Assembly (NCBI GenBank): GCA_943788985.1
Contig: CALSSJ010000031.1
Location: forward strand, 64,001 to 128,000
Source of the DNA: an uncultured Lentisphaerales bacterium
GTDB lineage: Bacteria > Verrucomicrobiota > Lentisphaeria > JABSQK01 > UBA12247
Direction of reading: 5' to 3'
DNA length: 64,000 nt
Shown: positions 1 through 10,300 of the stretch, in pieces
How the letters are laid out: each line of letters begins with the position of its first letter
Position numbering within the stretch: position 1 is the first letter of the stretch
Notes under the pieces: generated by a model
Database searches by the model: none
What the model saw: the letters and a program-made list of their open reading frames with translations, nothing else
What the model was told of the DNA's origin: nothing
Program-made: the position numbers and the translations under genes

Positions 1-1889
1 GTGCTCTCCGGAGTGACAATCAGCGGCTCGTCGTGCCGGATAGCCTTGTAAAGATTGTCGTAGAAGCTGTCGTACTGCTTCTGCGGCTTCACCGGGCGCA
101 GCAGCGTCTGCCACGGTAGCCCAGAGCCATCGAAGCCAGTCACCCCTTCGCGACGGTCGGTCGCCCACGGCTGATCGATCGCAGAGATCTCCTGACACTG
201 ATCCGCGGAAAAATAGCGCGCGTGCAGTTCCTTGCCCTGGACCCAGATGGTCCCGCGTGTGCCCAGCACCACCCACGACGGCTGTACCGACGCATCGGCA
301 GAACTCATGACGATATCCAACAACTTACCGTCTGTGCAGCGAGCCATCGCCTTGATGTCATCCTCGACATTCCCCGGGTTCACAATCTGAGAGATCTGCC
401 CCCAGACAAAATCCACTGGCGCACTCAGAAACTCCAGCCCCTGATCCACCGGATGCAGACCCCAGTTTCCGGTCACTCCGCCGCCGTACTTATCCAACGT
501 CTGCCAATCATTGCGGCGGTTGAAATCACCTGCCCGACGACGAATCCGAAACACATCGCCGACCAAGCCAGAATCCACCAACTCACGCACGCACAGAAAC
601 TCCGGATCCAGCCGGTCGTTATGATGAAAAGTCAGCACCTGCCCCGACTTGCGAGCGGCAATCATGGCTTTGACCCCAGATGCTGCCAACGCCGCTGGCT
701 CCTCACATAGCACATGCTTTCCCGCAGCCAGAGCGGCAATCGTCATCGCCTCGTGTCGATGCGACGGTGTACACACGAACACCAGCTCGACATTTGGGTC
801 GGCAAGCATACTCGGGTAGTCCTCGTAATTGCGGCACTCCGGCACTGCCTGGCAGGCCTCCTCGCGCCGCTCCGGAAGCATGTCATAGACTGCCGCTAGC
901 GCCAACCCTGCATGCTCCCGAATCGCAGCAACATGATGGCTCCAGCCCATTCGCCCCAGCCCCACCACGCCGCAACGTATGGGGGCCTCCACGTCTGTCG
1001 CGCTGACCTGCACTGCCTCATCGGCCTCCGCCGTTGCAGACTCCGCAACGGCCACAGACACTGCCCGAAGAAAGCGGATATTGTCCTCAAGCCGAGCTGC
1101 TTCTGACGCACTCGTCGAAAAATCTTCGACCGTCACCCAGCCATCATAGCCAATCCCCCGCAATGCCCTAAAAAGGTCGCTAAAATCCACCTGTCCCTGG
1201 CGCAGCGGAGCTGCATCCACTTGCCACGAAAAGAGCTGCTCGCCCTCCTGAATAGTGCGACTGGGAGCCGCACTCTTGGCGTGTACATGCGCCAGATACG
1301 GCCCCAGAATCCCGAGGCCACGATCGTACTCCTCAAACCCCTCGAAGACCATGTTTCCACAGTCGTGGATGACGCCGACATCCTCTGGCGCAAATGGCTC
1401 CACCATTGCCCGTGCCGCGCTTGCTGAGGCGATTAGCGTGTTGTGATGTATCTCTACCAGCAGCCTCACACCGTATGGCCGTGCCTGACGGATTGCGCGG
1501 CCTAATCTCGCTTGAATCGTCGCCCTCGCTTCCGGCACCGTCCCCAGGCCTCCCATCCCACACACTCGCAGCTGTGCCACCCCCATGATGCTGGCGATAT
1601 GAAGTGCCCGCTCAACAGCCTCTTCGTTCGCCACCTGCACATACGTCCCAAGCGAAGGCATCTCCAGCCCGGCCGCGCGTGTACCCGCTGCGATCTCCGC
1701 ATACTTCTCGTCCGCCCAATCATCCTGCAAAGTAGCCCGGTTCCCCTTCCAAAAGGACGGTGCAGATCCGTCATCCCGATCGCGAGTCACGCGCCATTCG
1801 AGCCCATCATAGCCGTAACCAGACACGTCTGCGATCACTTCGGACGGAAGGAGGCTGGGGCAGCTTACGGTAAAAAGGGCAAATTTCAT
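1..1889 (-). CDS. Fusion of sugar-phosphate isomerase/epimerase (xylose-isomerase-like TIM barrel) and Gfo/Idh/MocA oxidoreductase; 3' end runs off the window
   Basis: Absent from the ORF track, consistent with no stop in the window. Hand translation from ATG 1889: MKFALFTVSC..GYDGLEWRV..LLVEIHH..IHDCGN..LAHVHAK..GQVDFSDLFRALRGIGYDGWVTVEDF, an Ala/Glu linker, then IRCGVVGLGRMG..VFVCTPSHRHE..GKHVLCEEP..RRNDWQTL..GGG..NWGLH. Confidence 0.85.
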   Translation of the reverse strand, partial: MKFALFTVSCPSLLPSEVIADVSGYGYDGLEWRVTRDRDDGSAPSFWKGNRATLQDDWADEKYAEIAAGTRAAGLEMPSLGTYVQVANEEAVERALHIASIMGVAQLRVCGMGGLGTVPEARATIQARLGRAIRQARPYGVRLLVEIHHNTLIASASAARAMVEPFAPEDVGVIHDCGNMVFEGFEEYDRGLGILGPYLAHVHAKSAAPSRTIQEGEQLFSWQVDAAPLRQGQVDFSDLFRALRGIGYDGWVTVEDFSTSASEAARLEDNIRFLRAVSVAVAESATAEADEAVQVSATDVEAPIRCGVVGLGRMGWSHHVAAIREHAGLALAAVYDMLPERREEACQAVPECRNYEDYPSMLADPNVELVFVCTPSHRHEAMTIAALAAGKHVLCEEPAALAASGVKAMIAARKSGQVLTFHHNDRLDPEFLCVRELVDSGLVGDVFRIRRRAGDFNRRNDWQTLDKYGGGVTGNWGLHPVDQGLEFLSAPVDFVWGQISQIVNPGNVEDDIKAMARCTDGKLLDIVMSSADASVQPSWVVLGTRGTIWVQGKELHARYFSADQCQEISAIDQPWATDRREGVTGFDGSGLPWQTLLRPVKPQKQYDSFYDNLYKAIRHDEPLIVTPES

Positions 1890-2038
1890 GATCGTATCAG
1901 ACAGGGCAGGCTCAGTTTCGGATGCAGAGCACCATACCCGCAAGCGCCGGACCGTCACCCGGCTATAGCGCGGATGTTGTTCGACCGCCCGCCGATGAAT
2001 AATATGGCGCACGACGCAATCACCACTCAGGATTTCAC

Positions 2039-2365
2039 ATGCCCGCGTTCCGGACTGCCACCGACGATTTCAAAAAGCTGCGCAACGCGGGTGGCTACTT
2101 CGCAGATAAGTCCCCGCTGATCCGGGCCGTTCTCGACAGCAGCGATGTCACCTTACTGGCCAGACCGCGCCGTTTCGGCAGAACCTTGAACATGACAATG
2201 ACGCGCTAACTCTTCGAGGCTATGAAGGAGAAACCGGGCGCTCTCTTTGACGGCCTTGCGACGACCGACGATGCCGATGCCATGAGGCATTTCGCATTTT
2301 GCGCAGTACCCCGTCATCTACCTTAGCCCCAAGGACATCAAAGGCGCCGACTGGGCGGGGGAGTC
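2039..2365 (+). pseudogene. Degraded N-terminal fragment of an AAA-ATPase-like protein (PF09820 type, usually fused to a PD-(D/E)XK nuclease)
   Basis: MPAFRTATDDFKKLRNAGGYFADKSPLI..LLARPRRFGRTLNMTMTR*, with TAA at 2207-2209. It continues LFE..LFDGL and, after a frameshift, AQYPVIYLSPKDIKG. This matches the family pattern DF..LR..YY.DK..RPRRFGK..YPVI.L; the Walker A Lys is replaced by Arg. Confidence 0.75.
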
Positions 2366-2541
2366 ACCCCAGTCGAGCTCGAACTACCGCCAGCCCCCGC
2401 GCCCTCGCTCGCCCCCATGCGCGACAAGCCCAAGCTACACGGCATGGCACACCTTGTGCAAACGCTCCTGGCAGCCGTCAACTTCCCAATTCGCCTGTCT
2501 CAGCCTGAAAAACTCCCGATCGGCAGCTCCAGCATTCCCAG

Positions 2542-3180
2542 TTACCAGCTAGCCGGACGCGTCGGCGATGCGTACACCACCCGTAGCCCCACGAAGCGCC
2601 GCGCCTCCTGCTGCCACTTCAGGGCCTTGCCCAAGGGCTCCGGCCCCAGAAAGCCCTCCAGCGTGCACTGCATCTGCACAGCACCCCGCCGGTAGTGCCC
2701 CAATTCGGCCCCGCAGCCCGGTCGCAGCCTCAGCGTCCAGGGCGCATCCTCGCGCATTTCAGTAAACACAGGCACTCCAGCGTTCCAATGCGCGACGCCA
2801 GTCACCCGCAGATGTTGATAACCGAAATCAGCAAGGGTCAATTCAAGGTCATCGTCGCGGGCTCTCTCCGCCCCTTCCCGATATCCGGGCGCATCACTCC
2901 TACTCGCCACCTGTGATGCCTCTAGTGCGTCGCGATAGCCCCTAGCGTAGCCATCCAGCACCGCCATGCGCTGCCCTTCGGTTGGGGCCTCATACAACAC
3001 ATCCGCCGTCCGGAGTGCGTGGGGAAGTAGTTGTCGCACCACGGCCTCGCCATACACAATCTGGGCCGTCTGCAACCGCTTTTGAGCCAGGCTAAACTTC
3101 GTGGTTTGGCAACCACCCAGTAACAGACAAATCCCGGCGAACAACAACTGGCTCTGGGGAAAATTTTGCCAGGGCTTCAT
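2542..3180 (-). CDS. Hypothetical lipoprotein
   Basis: 212-aa ORF with a signal peptide and lipobox-like LLLGGC. Confidence 0.6.
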   Translation of the reverse strand: MKPWQNFPQSQLLFAGICLLLGGCQTTKFSLAQKRLQTAQIVYGEAVVRQLLPHALRTADVLYEAPTEGQRMAVLDGYARGYRDALEASQVASRSDAPGYREGAERARDDDLELTLADFGYQHLRVTGVAHWNAGVPVFTEMREDAPWTLRLRPGCGAELGHYRRGAVQMQCTLEGFLGPEPLGKALKWQQEARRFVGLRVVYASPTRPASW

Positions 3181-3240
3181 CGTATTCTCTCGCTAATGAT
3201 GACCTTAGGTCCAAGCCTTGGCGGCGGCGCGCTGAGGGAA

Positions 3241-3324
3241 TGGTGGTGGGGGAAGGATTCGAACCTTCGAAGCTTACGCAGCAGATTTACAGTCTGCCCC
3301 CTTTGACCACTCGGGAACCCCACC
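3241..3324 (-). tRNA. tRNA-Tyr(GTA)
   Basis: Reverse complement GGTGGGGTTCCCGAGTGGTCAAAGGGGGCAGACTGTAAATCTGC...GGTTCGAATCCTTCCCCCACCACCA: anticodon arm GCAGA-CTGTAAA-TCTGC, long variable arm, T-loop, encoded CCA. Confidence 0.97.
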
Positions 3325-3495
3325 ACTCGGGCTTGTTCAAACCGGCTGGATTGAACTCGCTACAGCGAGAGCCCCAGAATTTAGTCGCGAGTCTGATCCT
3401 TGCAAACTGATTCCGCAATTCCTTTGTTCTTTCGTCTCACGCGCACCCCGCCATAGTGCGCGCTGCCCTTGCCCTCCGACACTGTGATTGACCCT

Positions 3496-5313
3496 ATGCT
3501 TGAGATTGCCAATCTTCACAAACGCTACGGCCCGCGCGTCGTCTTCGAAAAAGCTGCTGCCTTTATGTCCCCGAATGTCCGCATCGGCCTTGTCGGCCCC
3601 AACGGCTGCGGAAAAACCACCTTGCTGCGCATGGTCGCTGGCGAGGAGGACTGGGAAGGCGGCGATATCCGCCTCAAGAAGGGCTGTAAGATCGGCTACC
3701 TGCCCCAGGATCTCGCAGAACTTCCCGGCGCCACCATTAGCGAATCCGTACATCGCGGTGAGTATCCGGAGTACGTGGCCGAGCGCCTGCTTTCCGGCCT
3801 CGGCTTCGCCTCCGACGAATACAAGCAGCCGCCAGATAGCTTCTCCGGCGGCTTCCGTATGCGCGTGGCCCTCGCGCACTTGTTGATTGCCGAGCCCGAC
3901 ATCCTGCTCATGGACGAGCCCACCAACCATCTCGACAGGGCTAGCTGCCGCTGGCTTGAGCAGTTTCTGCGAGATACCTCGACAGCCGTCCTAATGGTCA
4001 GCCATGACACCGAGTTTCTGGACCGCACCGTCACCCACATCTGGGAAGTCTACCAGACCACCCTGCGGCCCTACACAGGAAACTATTCCCGGTTTATCAG
4101 ACAGCGCGAGGCCCGCCAAGCTCAGCTGGAATCGGCCGCCAAGTCCCAGCAGCGCAAGGTCGACAAGCTCGAGCGTTTTGTCGATCGCTTTCGCTCCAAG
4201 GCATCCAAGGCCAGTCAGGTCCAGTCCCGCATCAAAGAGCTGGACAAGGTCAAGACGATCGAGCTCGAACGCAAGACCCGCGGCTTTCAGTTCACCTTTC
4301 CTAAGCCGCCCGCAAGCGGACATTCCGTACTCAAGCTTGATCACATCGCCAAGCGCTACGAAGAAAACATCGTCTACCGCGACTTTAATCTCGAGATCGA
4401 ACGCGGCGAGCGTGTCGCGCTCGTCGGCGAGAACGGTGCTGGCAAGACCACCCTGCTCAAAATCCTCGCGGGCGTGCTCGATTTCGAGAAAGGCACCCGG
4501 ACCGTCGGCCACAACGCAACCTTGCACTACTTTGCCCAGCACCAGAGCGAGGCGCTCAATCTCGATCACAACATCATCGACTCGCTACACGAAGTTGCCG
4601 AACTTGCGGAGACTGCAGACACCCAATATCTGCGAAACGTAGCCGGTGCCTTTTTGTTCTCCGGCGAGGACCAGTTCAAGCGCATCTCCGTCCTCAGCGG
4701 CGGTGAGAAGGCCCGTGTCGCCCTCGCGCGAATGCTGATCCGGCCCACCAACACGCTGCTGCTGGACGAACCCACCAACCATCTCGACCCGCGAGCCGTA
4801 GACGTCATCACCGATGCCCTCAGCGACTTCCCAGGTACCATCGTCTTCATCTCACATGATCCCACCTTTCTGATGCGCATGGCCACTCGAGTCGTGCACA
4901 TCGAGCAGGGCGTGCCCACGCTCTACCCTGGCGGCTATGAGTACTACCTCTGGAAGCGCCGTGACCTGCTCGCCGAAGACGCAGAGATCGCAAGCGCTCC
5001 AGCCCCAAAGGCCAAGAAAGCCCCTGCTAAGCCTTCTGAGGGGGCCCGCCGCTATGAGACTGCGAAAGCCCTCAAGTCCGCCAAGCGCAAGCTAGATCGC
5101 CTTGAGAAGGCAGTCGCTGAGCTCGAGATCAGCTGCGCAGAACAGGAAACAGAGTTGGCCAGTGAAGGGGCCTACGAGGATTACGAGCTGTGGGCCAAAT
5201 TAGAAGCCACCCACCGCGAAGCACGTGCCAGGCTGGACCGGAACCTGGCTGATTGGCAGGCCCAAGCAGAAGAAGTCGAACGCCTCGACCAAGTGATGGC
5301 CAGCTTTGAATAG
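3496..5313 (+). CDS. ABC-F family ATPase (ribosome-associated, YheS/YdiF-like)
   Basis: Two ABC domains (GPNGCGKTT/FSGG/DEPTNHLD and GENGAGKTT/LSGGE/DEPTNHLD), inter-domain linker, C-terminal coiled coil, no TM segments. Confidence 0.92.
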   Translation: MLEIANLHKRYGPRVVFEKAAAFMSPNVRIGLVGPNGCGKTTLLRMVAGEEDWEGGDIRLKKGCKIGYLPQDLAELPGATISESVHRGEYPEYVAERLLSGLGFASDEYKQPPDSFSGGFRMRVALAHLLIAEPDILLMDEPTNHLDRASCRWLEQFLRDTSTAVLMVSHDTEFLDRTVTHIWEVYQTTLRPYTGNYSRFIRQREARQAQLESAAKSQQRKVDKLERFVDRFRSKASKASQVQSRIKELDKVKTIELERKTRGFQFTFPKPPASGHSVLKLDHIAKRYEENIVYRDFNLEIERGERVALVGENGAGKTTLLKILAGVLDFEKGTRTVGHNATLHYFAQHQSEALNLDHNIIDSLHEVAELAETADTQYLRNVAGAFLFSGEDQFKRISVLSGGEKARVALARMLIRPTNTLLLDEPTNHLDPRAVDVITDALSDFPGTIVFISHDPTFLMRMATRVVHIEQGVPTLYPGGYEYYLWKRRDLLAEDAEIASAPAPKAKKAPAKPSEGARRYETAKALKSAKRKLDRLEKAVAELEISCAEQETELASEGAYEDYELWAKLEATHREARARLDRNLADWQAQAEEVERLDQVMASFE

Positions 5314-6385
5314 CACGACCATCGCCAAACTCGTCGAGACCTACAAGCTGCCGAAGTTTCGCGGCGCACAGCTGCGCAAAGCCTTCTTCGAGCAGCAAGT
5401 GACCAAATTTCAGGACGTGTCCACGCTCAGCCTGCCGATGCGCCAGACCCTTGCTGCGGAGCAGCGCGTTCTGTCCTTTGACACTGAGGCCGTGTTCAAA
5501 GCCTCGGACGGGCGGGCTTACAAGGCCCTCCTGCTTCTACCCGACGGCAACCGCATCGAAACTGTCCTGCTCAATCCCAAGCCTGGTCTTTGGTCCTGCT
5601 GCATCAGCAGTCAGGTCGGTTGCGGCCTCGCCTGCACCTTCTGTGCCACTGGCAAGCTTGGCCTCTCCCGCAACCTGACCGCAGAAGAAATCTCAGACCA
5701 GGTCCTATTCTGGCGGCAATACATTTGCCAACAGCGCCTGGACGCTAGGCTTTCCAACGTCGTTTACATGGGCATGGGTGAGCCTATGCAGAACCGCCGC
5801 GAAGTCTTCGCCAGCCTGACCGAGCTCATGAATCCCGACACATTCGGCATCGGGGCTCGCCACCTCTCAGTCTCTACCGTCGGCCTCGTCAAGCCCATGA
5901 AGGAGTTCACCGATCAGTTTCCGCAGGTCAATCTTGCCCTCTCGCTACACGCAGCAAACGACACCCTGCGCGAACGCCTGATGCCCGTCAATAAATCGCA
6001 GCCACTAGCCGCACTTCGCGAAGCCCTGCAATACCACGCAGATGAGACCAATCGCAAGATTTTCCTTGAGTACATCCTGCTCAGCGGCGAGAATGACAGC
6101 GCCGAGCACGCGGAAGAGCTCGTCCGCTACGTGCGTTCAGTCGACCGCCCTGCCCTGCTCCACACCAATCTCATAGTCTACAATCCCACGGATAGCGACC
6201 ACCAAGCCAGCGCCCGCGAGCGTGCCCGGGCCTTTCGAGACCAGCTGGAAGCAGCGGGGCTCTCCGTCACCATTCGCCGTAACCTCGGCCGTGATATCGA
6301 CGCCGCTTGCGGCCAGCTCGCGCTTAAAGCAGGCGAAACGCCCGGCTACTCCCCCTCGGCTGAAAGCAGCCCAGCTTCCTTGTAG
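5306..6385 (+). CDS. rlmN: RlmN/Cfr-family radical SAM 23S rRNA A2503 methyltransferase
   Basis: CISSQVGCGLACTFCATG (CxxxCxxC), MGMGEP, SLH, NLIVYNP, DIDAACGQL. Confidence 0.88.
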   Translation: MNSTTIAKLVETYKLPKFRGAQLRKAFFEQQVTKFQDVSTLSLPMRQTLAAEQRVLSFDTEAVFKASDGRAYKALLLLPDGNRIETVLLNPKPGLWSCCISSQVGCGLACTFCATGKLGLSRNLTAEEISDQVLFWRQYICQQRLDARLSNVVYMGMGEPMQNRREVFASLTELMNPDTFGIGARHLSVSTVGLVKPMKEFTDQFPQVNLALSLHAANDTLRERLMPVNKSQPLAALREALQYHADETNRKIFLEYILLSGENDSAEHAEELVRYVRSVDRPALLHTNLIVYNPTDSDHQASARERARAFRDQLEAAGLSVTIRRNLGRDIDAACGQLALKAGETPGYSPSAESSPASL

Positions 6386-7332
6386 TAGCGAATCGCGCCC
6401 GGATGCAAAGGCGCGGACAATCCCTTGAGCATGCTCTCTTTGGTCAGGAGCTCGAATGCTGGATGCATCGCCCGAAACTTATCGAGATTGTCGAACACTT
6501 CCTTCGTGATTGCGTACACGATATCATCCGGTACATTCGTGGAAGACATCATCGTGGCCTTCACACCGAATGTAGGCGTATCTGCCTGGTTTGTGGCATT
6601 CGGATAAAGTTTTGCTGGAATCTTGTCGGTCACGTAGTACGGATTGGCCGCTACCAAATCTGCCGTCTCAGTGATCGGCACAAAATGCACCGTCCGCTTA
6701 CCCGCCGTTGCCTCCTTGAGTGCCCCATTCGGGTGCCCAACCGTATAAAAGAACGCGTCGATGCGATCATCCTTTAACATCCCGGGCGCATCCGCGGCCT
6801 TTTCATTGCTCGCCTGAATGTCCGCCTCAACATCCAAACCGGCCACCTTTAGAGCATCCATCGCGTTCAGTCGTTGTCCCGAGCCAGGATTGCCAATGTT
6901 CACACGTTTTCCCTTCAGATCTGCCAGGGTTGCGATGTTCGCAGAATCTGCGGCCACCAGCGTCACCAACTCCGGATGCACTGAGAACACCGCGCAAAGC
7001 AACTCCTGTCTCCCCTTTTCCTCCCAGGCCCCCTTCCCTTCGCAGGCCTGGTACTGGATATCAGACTGCACCATTCCGAAGTCTATATCGCCGCTGAGCA
7101 GCTGATTAATATTTGCCACCGAGCCTCCTGTAGACGATGAGGTGCACTTCAGCCCGTACAGGGCCTCCTTCTTGTTTACCAGCTCAGAGACACGGCTGCC
7201 GACCTGATAATACACACCGGTAAGGCCGCCGGTTCCGATCGTGACGTGGGTCTGCTTTAAGCCGTCGCCGCTGCCGCAGCTAGTCAGCCAGAGAGCGAGC
7301 GATCCGAGAAGAATTGATTTGAAAACGTTCAT
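6346..7332 (-). CDS. TAXI-family TRAP transporter solute-binding lipoprotein
   Basis: LTSC lipobox; IGTGGLTGVYY, STGGSVAN, DLKGKRVNIGNPGSG, PLHPGAIRYYKE. Confidence 0.9.
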   Translation of the reverse strand: MNVFKSILLGSLALWLTSCGSGDGLKQTHVTIGTGGLTGVYYQVGSRVSELVNKKEALYGLKCTSSSTGGSVANINQLLSGDIDFGMVQSDIQYQACEGKGAWEEKGRQELLCAVFSVHPELVTLVAADSANIATLADLKGKRVNIGNPGSGQRLNAMDALKVAGLDVEADIQASNEKAADAPGMLKDDRIDAFFYTVGHPNGALKEATAGKRTVHFVPITETADLVAANPYYVTDKIPAKLYPNATNQADTPTFGVKATMMSSTNVPDDIVYAITKEVFDNLDKFRAMHPAFELLTKESMLKGLSAPLHPGAIRYYKEAGLLSAEGE

Positions 7333-7391
7333 TGCGAGGTCCTGTCCAGTTGGTGATGCAGGCCTCAAGCATAGCAAGGCGATCGCCTGTG

Positions 7392-10300
7392 TCAAAACGA
7401 TGTCGTCTGTGCGTGCTCACGACACGCCTGCGCCTTACGGTTCTGGCCCATGGCATCGTAGTGCTCAGCAGCCTCCAGATACGCGCCACGCGCCTCCAAA
7501 TGCCGCGCCGCACAGGTGTGGTGCTTATTCATCCGCTTCGCTTCCAGCCAGTGTTCTGCGGCCAGCTCCCAATTTTGGCCATCCTCCGCGGCCAGCGCGC
7601 GAATCCGCGCCACTTCCTTCTCTGGCCCTATCTCGAGCTGGCACCGCTCCGCGGCCTCAAATTGCTTTGCCCAACAATGAAACTTCGCCGCGTCCCGCAT
7701 CCGCTCGCGCTCTTCGCAAAATGCGGCGGCCAACAGCTTGGTGCGCGACTCCGACTCATTGCTGACCAACTTTAAGAGTTCATCCCTCCCTGCTCGCATC
7801 CCTTCCCGAATCACGAACTCGTTCACCTCCGGTGTATCACCTGACTGCGAGGTCCGGACTAGGCAGTTGCATGCAATCTCGTATAACTCCGCATCCTCCA
7901 GCGCCCACGCAGCCTTCAGAAACTCGCCCTTGGCGCGAAGCGCCATCCCCTCCCGCATGGCCACGCCACGCTTGCAGGTCGCCACCGCCAAGCATTCCTG
8001 CGACTCCTTTGTCCGGCGAAGCTCATGGAACACACAGGCCGCCTGGTAGTACTCCTGCCTGCTGCGACAGCCCTGCGCCCGACAAAGTTTCGCGCGATCG
8101 TCCTGCCCCGCGCCCGCCCAAATCTTCTCGGCTGCCTCCCAATCCCCCTTGCCGGTCGCCACTTCCGCCCGACACCGCGCGGCCTGCACGATCTCCCCCG
8201 CACGCTCGTAGTACTCCGCCGCCGGCAGTAACTCTCCACGACGCTCCAGCACCTTGGCCAGCTCCTCCGGCTTAGCACTCTCGGTGCCGTGAGAGAGCCT
8301 AAGATCGTCCGCCTCACGCCGCATCCCAGCACGCCGATAAAGGCCGATTGCCTGCTCGATCCGGTCCAACTTCCGACAGAGCTTTGCCGCCTGCTTCCAC
8401 ATCTTCCGCGACTCGAAGTATGCCAGTCGGCAACGCGTCGACTCCTCAGCCTGTCCCGCCTTCGTGTAGCAATCCGCCGCCTCTTTCATCCGACTATGCC
8501 GCTCAAAGGCTTGCGCTGCGCGCCCCCATTCTGCGGAGTTTGCAAACAGCTCCGCCGCCTGCAGATGCTTGCCAGCCTCTGCATAGCACTCGGCAGCCTC
8601 GAGCGCCATCGACAACTCCAGATACAGCTCCGCAGCTTTGCCAAAGGCATGAACCGAGGCGTAATGCCCCGCCAGCGACTCGCGTTCACGGACCGGCTTT
8701 CCGGCCCGCCGAAAGCACTCCGCAGCCTGGCGGAAACGCTGCCGAGCCAGGAAGTAGTCCCCCTCGCTCTCCCACTCCTCAGGCGATGCGGCAAAGACCA
8801 TAAACTTCGACAGCGCGGCCGCATTATCAGACTCCAACTGACCACGAAACGGCGCCGTCTCCCACAGCGCCCTCGCTTCTGCCGTGCTCTCAAAGATTCC
8901 CAAATAGCGCCGTGCTCGCGTAACTGCCACATACGTGTGATGAATGGCACGCCGGGCGACCGGGTCCTCACGCATGGGCTCATCAGACACCAGCAATCTC
9001 TCCCAAACCTCACGGTCCCCACCAAGCGGGTTCCACAACACGCAGGCATCAAACTCCAGCCCCTTACAACTTTGCACATCGAATACACGTTCGCTGCCCA
9101 GAAGTTTCGCCAACCGGTCGCGCGCTTCTGATTCCAGCACCACTACTGCGCAGCGCGGGCCAAAGTCATTGATCTTTGCCGCGACCTCCTCCTCCGTGCC
9201 ATGCACAATCACCGGCGTCGGGCCGTGTAGCGTCGTCGACTGTAAGCCGTCGTCATCGCTGCGCCCGGTCCGCTCCCGCTGGATTGTCAGCAACGCGTTC
9301 GCCAGGCTCACAATGCTGTGCACACTCCGGAAGTTGCGGGTGAGCGAATAAATATCTGGCGCACCAGTATGGCGATCCTGGCTACGAATCAGCGTTCGCA
9401 GCTCCGCCCAGCGAAAACCACTGGGGTTCACGATCTGCTGCGGATCCGCCGCGAACAGCAGGCCATCCATGCGCCGCACCAAGCGCAGCAACAACAGCAA
9501 CTCTACTTCGGTCAGGTCCTGGCCCTCATCGCAGACCACGTGATCATACACATGCGCCGGCGCCAGCTGGCGAAGTGCAGCCCGCGCTGCATCCACGTCG
9601 TCGCTGCGATTCTGCGCTCTCAGCCAGCCCTGATACCGTTCATACACCTTGAACAGCCGCGGTCTCTCGGCCACAAACAACGGTGCCCGCTTGCGCCCCA
9701 GCCTCTCGTACGCCTCACGCGATAGTCCGACCTGCCCCGGCTCCGTACACGCGCCCTTCACAATCCCCCGAATCTCCTCCCAGGCCAATGCCGCATCTGA
9801 CAGCCGGTATGCCTGCCGATACCATTCCTCAAAGGCAGCCAGCCGAACTGACGGCAGCTCCCCGCCTGCGATCTCCGCATACAACTGTGGAAACGTGTAG
9901 AAATCAGGCACCCGCGGCGGCGTCTCCCGCCGTGACCTGAACAGATCATGAAACAACGAGCGCACAGTCTCGAGCAAAGGCTCGCTGTAGGTTACATACA
10001 GGATTCGACTCTGCGGCTGCTCCATAACCAGCCGCGCCAGCCGGTATACGCTTACCGTGGTCTTGCCGCTCCCAGCCGTGCCGCGCAGCAAAACCGGCCC
10101 TGCTAGGTACACGCTCTCCGCCTGCTCCCGTGACAGCTTCAGTTCCAAATCATTCACGGATGGGTCATCCAGCAACGCCTGCCACTCGGCCTCGTCTGCC
10201 ACGATCTCCGGCGTCAGTTCGTACCAACGAATCGACTCCACCATTGCCTCGGTCTCAGGCACATTTAGCGGATCATTTACGTACTCCAGCAGATCTGGCG

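Noticed and set aside
222..2120. Plus-strand ORFs 222-710, 680-1006 and 1512-2120
   Set aside because: Antisense shadows of the minus-strand epimerase-dehydrogenase gene
1890..3324. tRNA-Tyr-anchored genomic island
   Set aside because: No duplicated tRNA 3' end and no integrase seen
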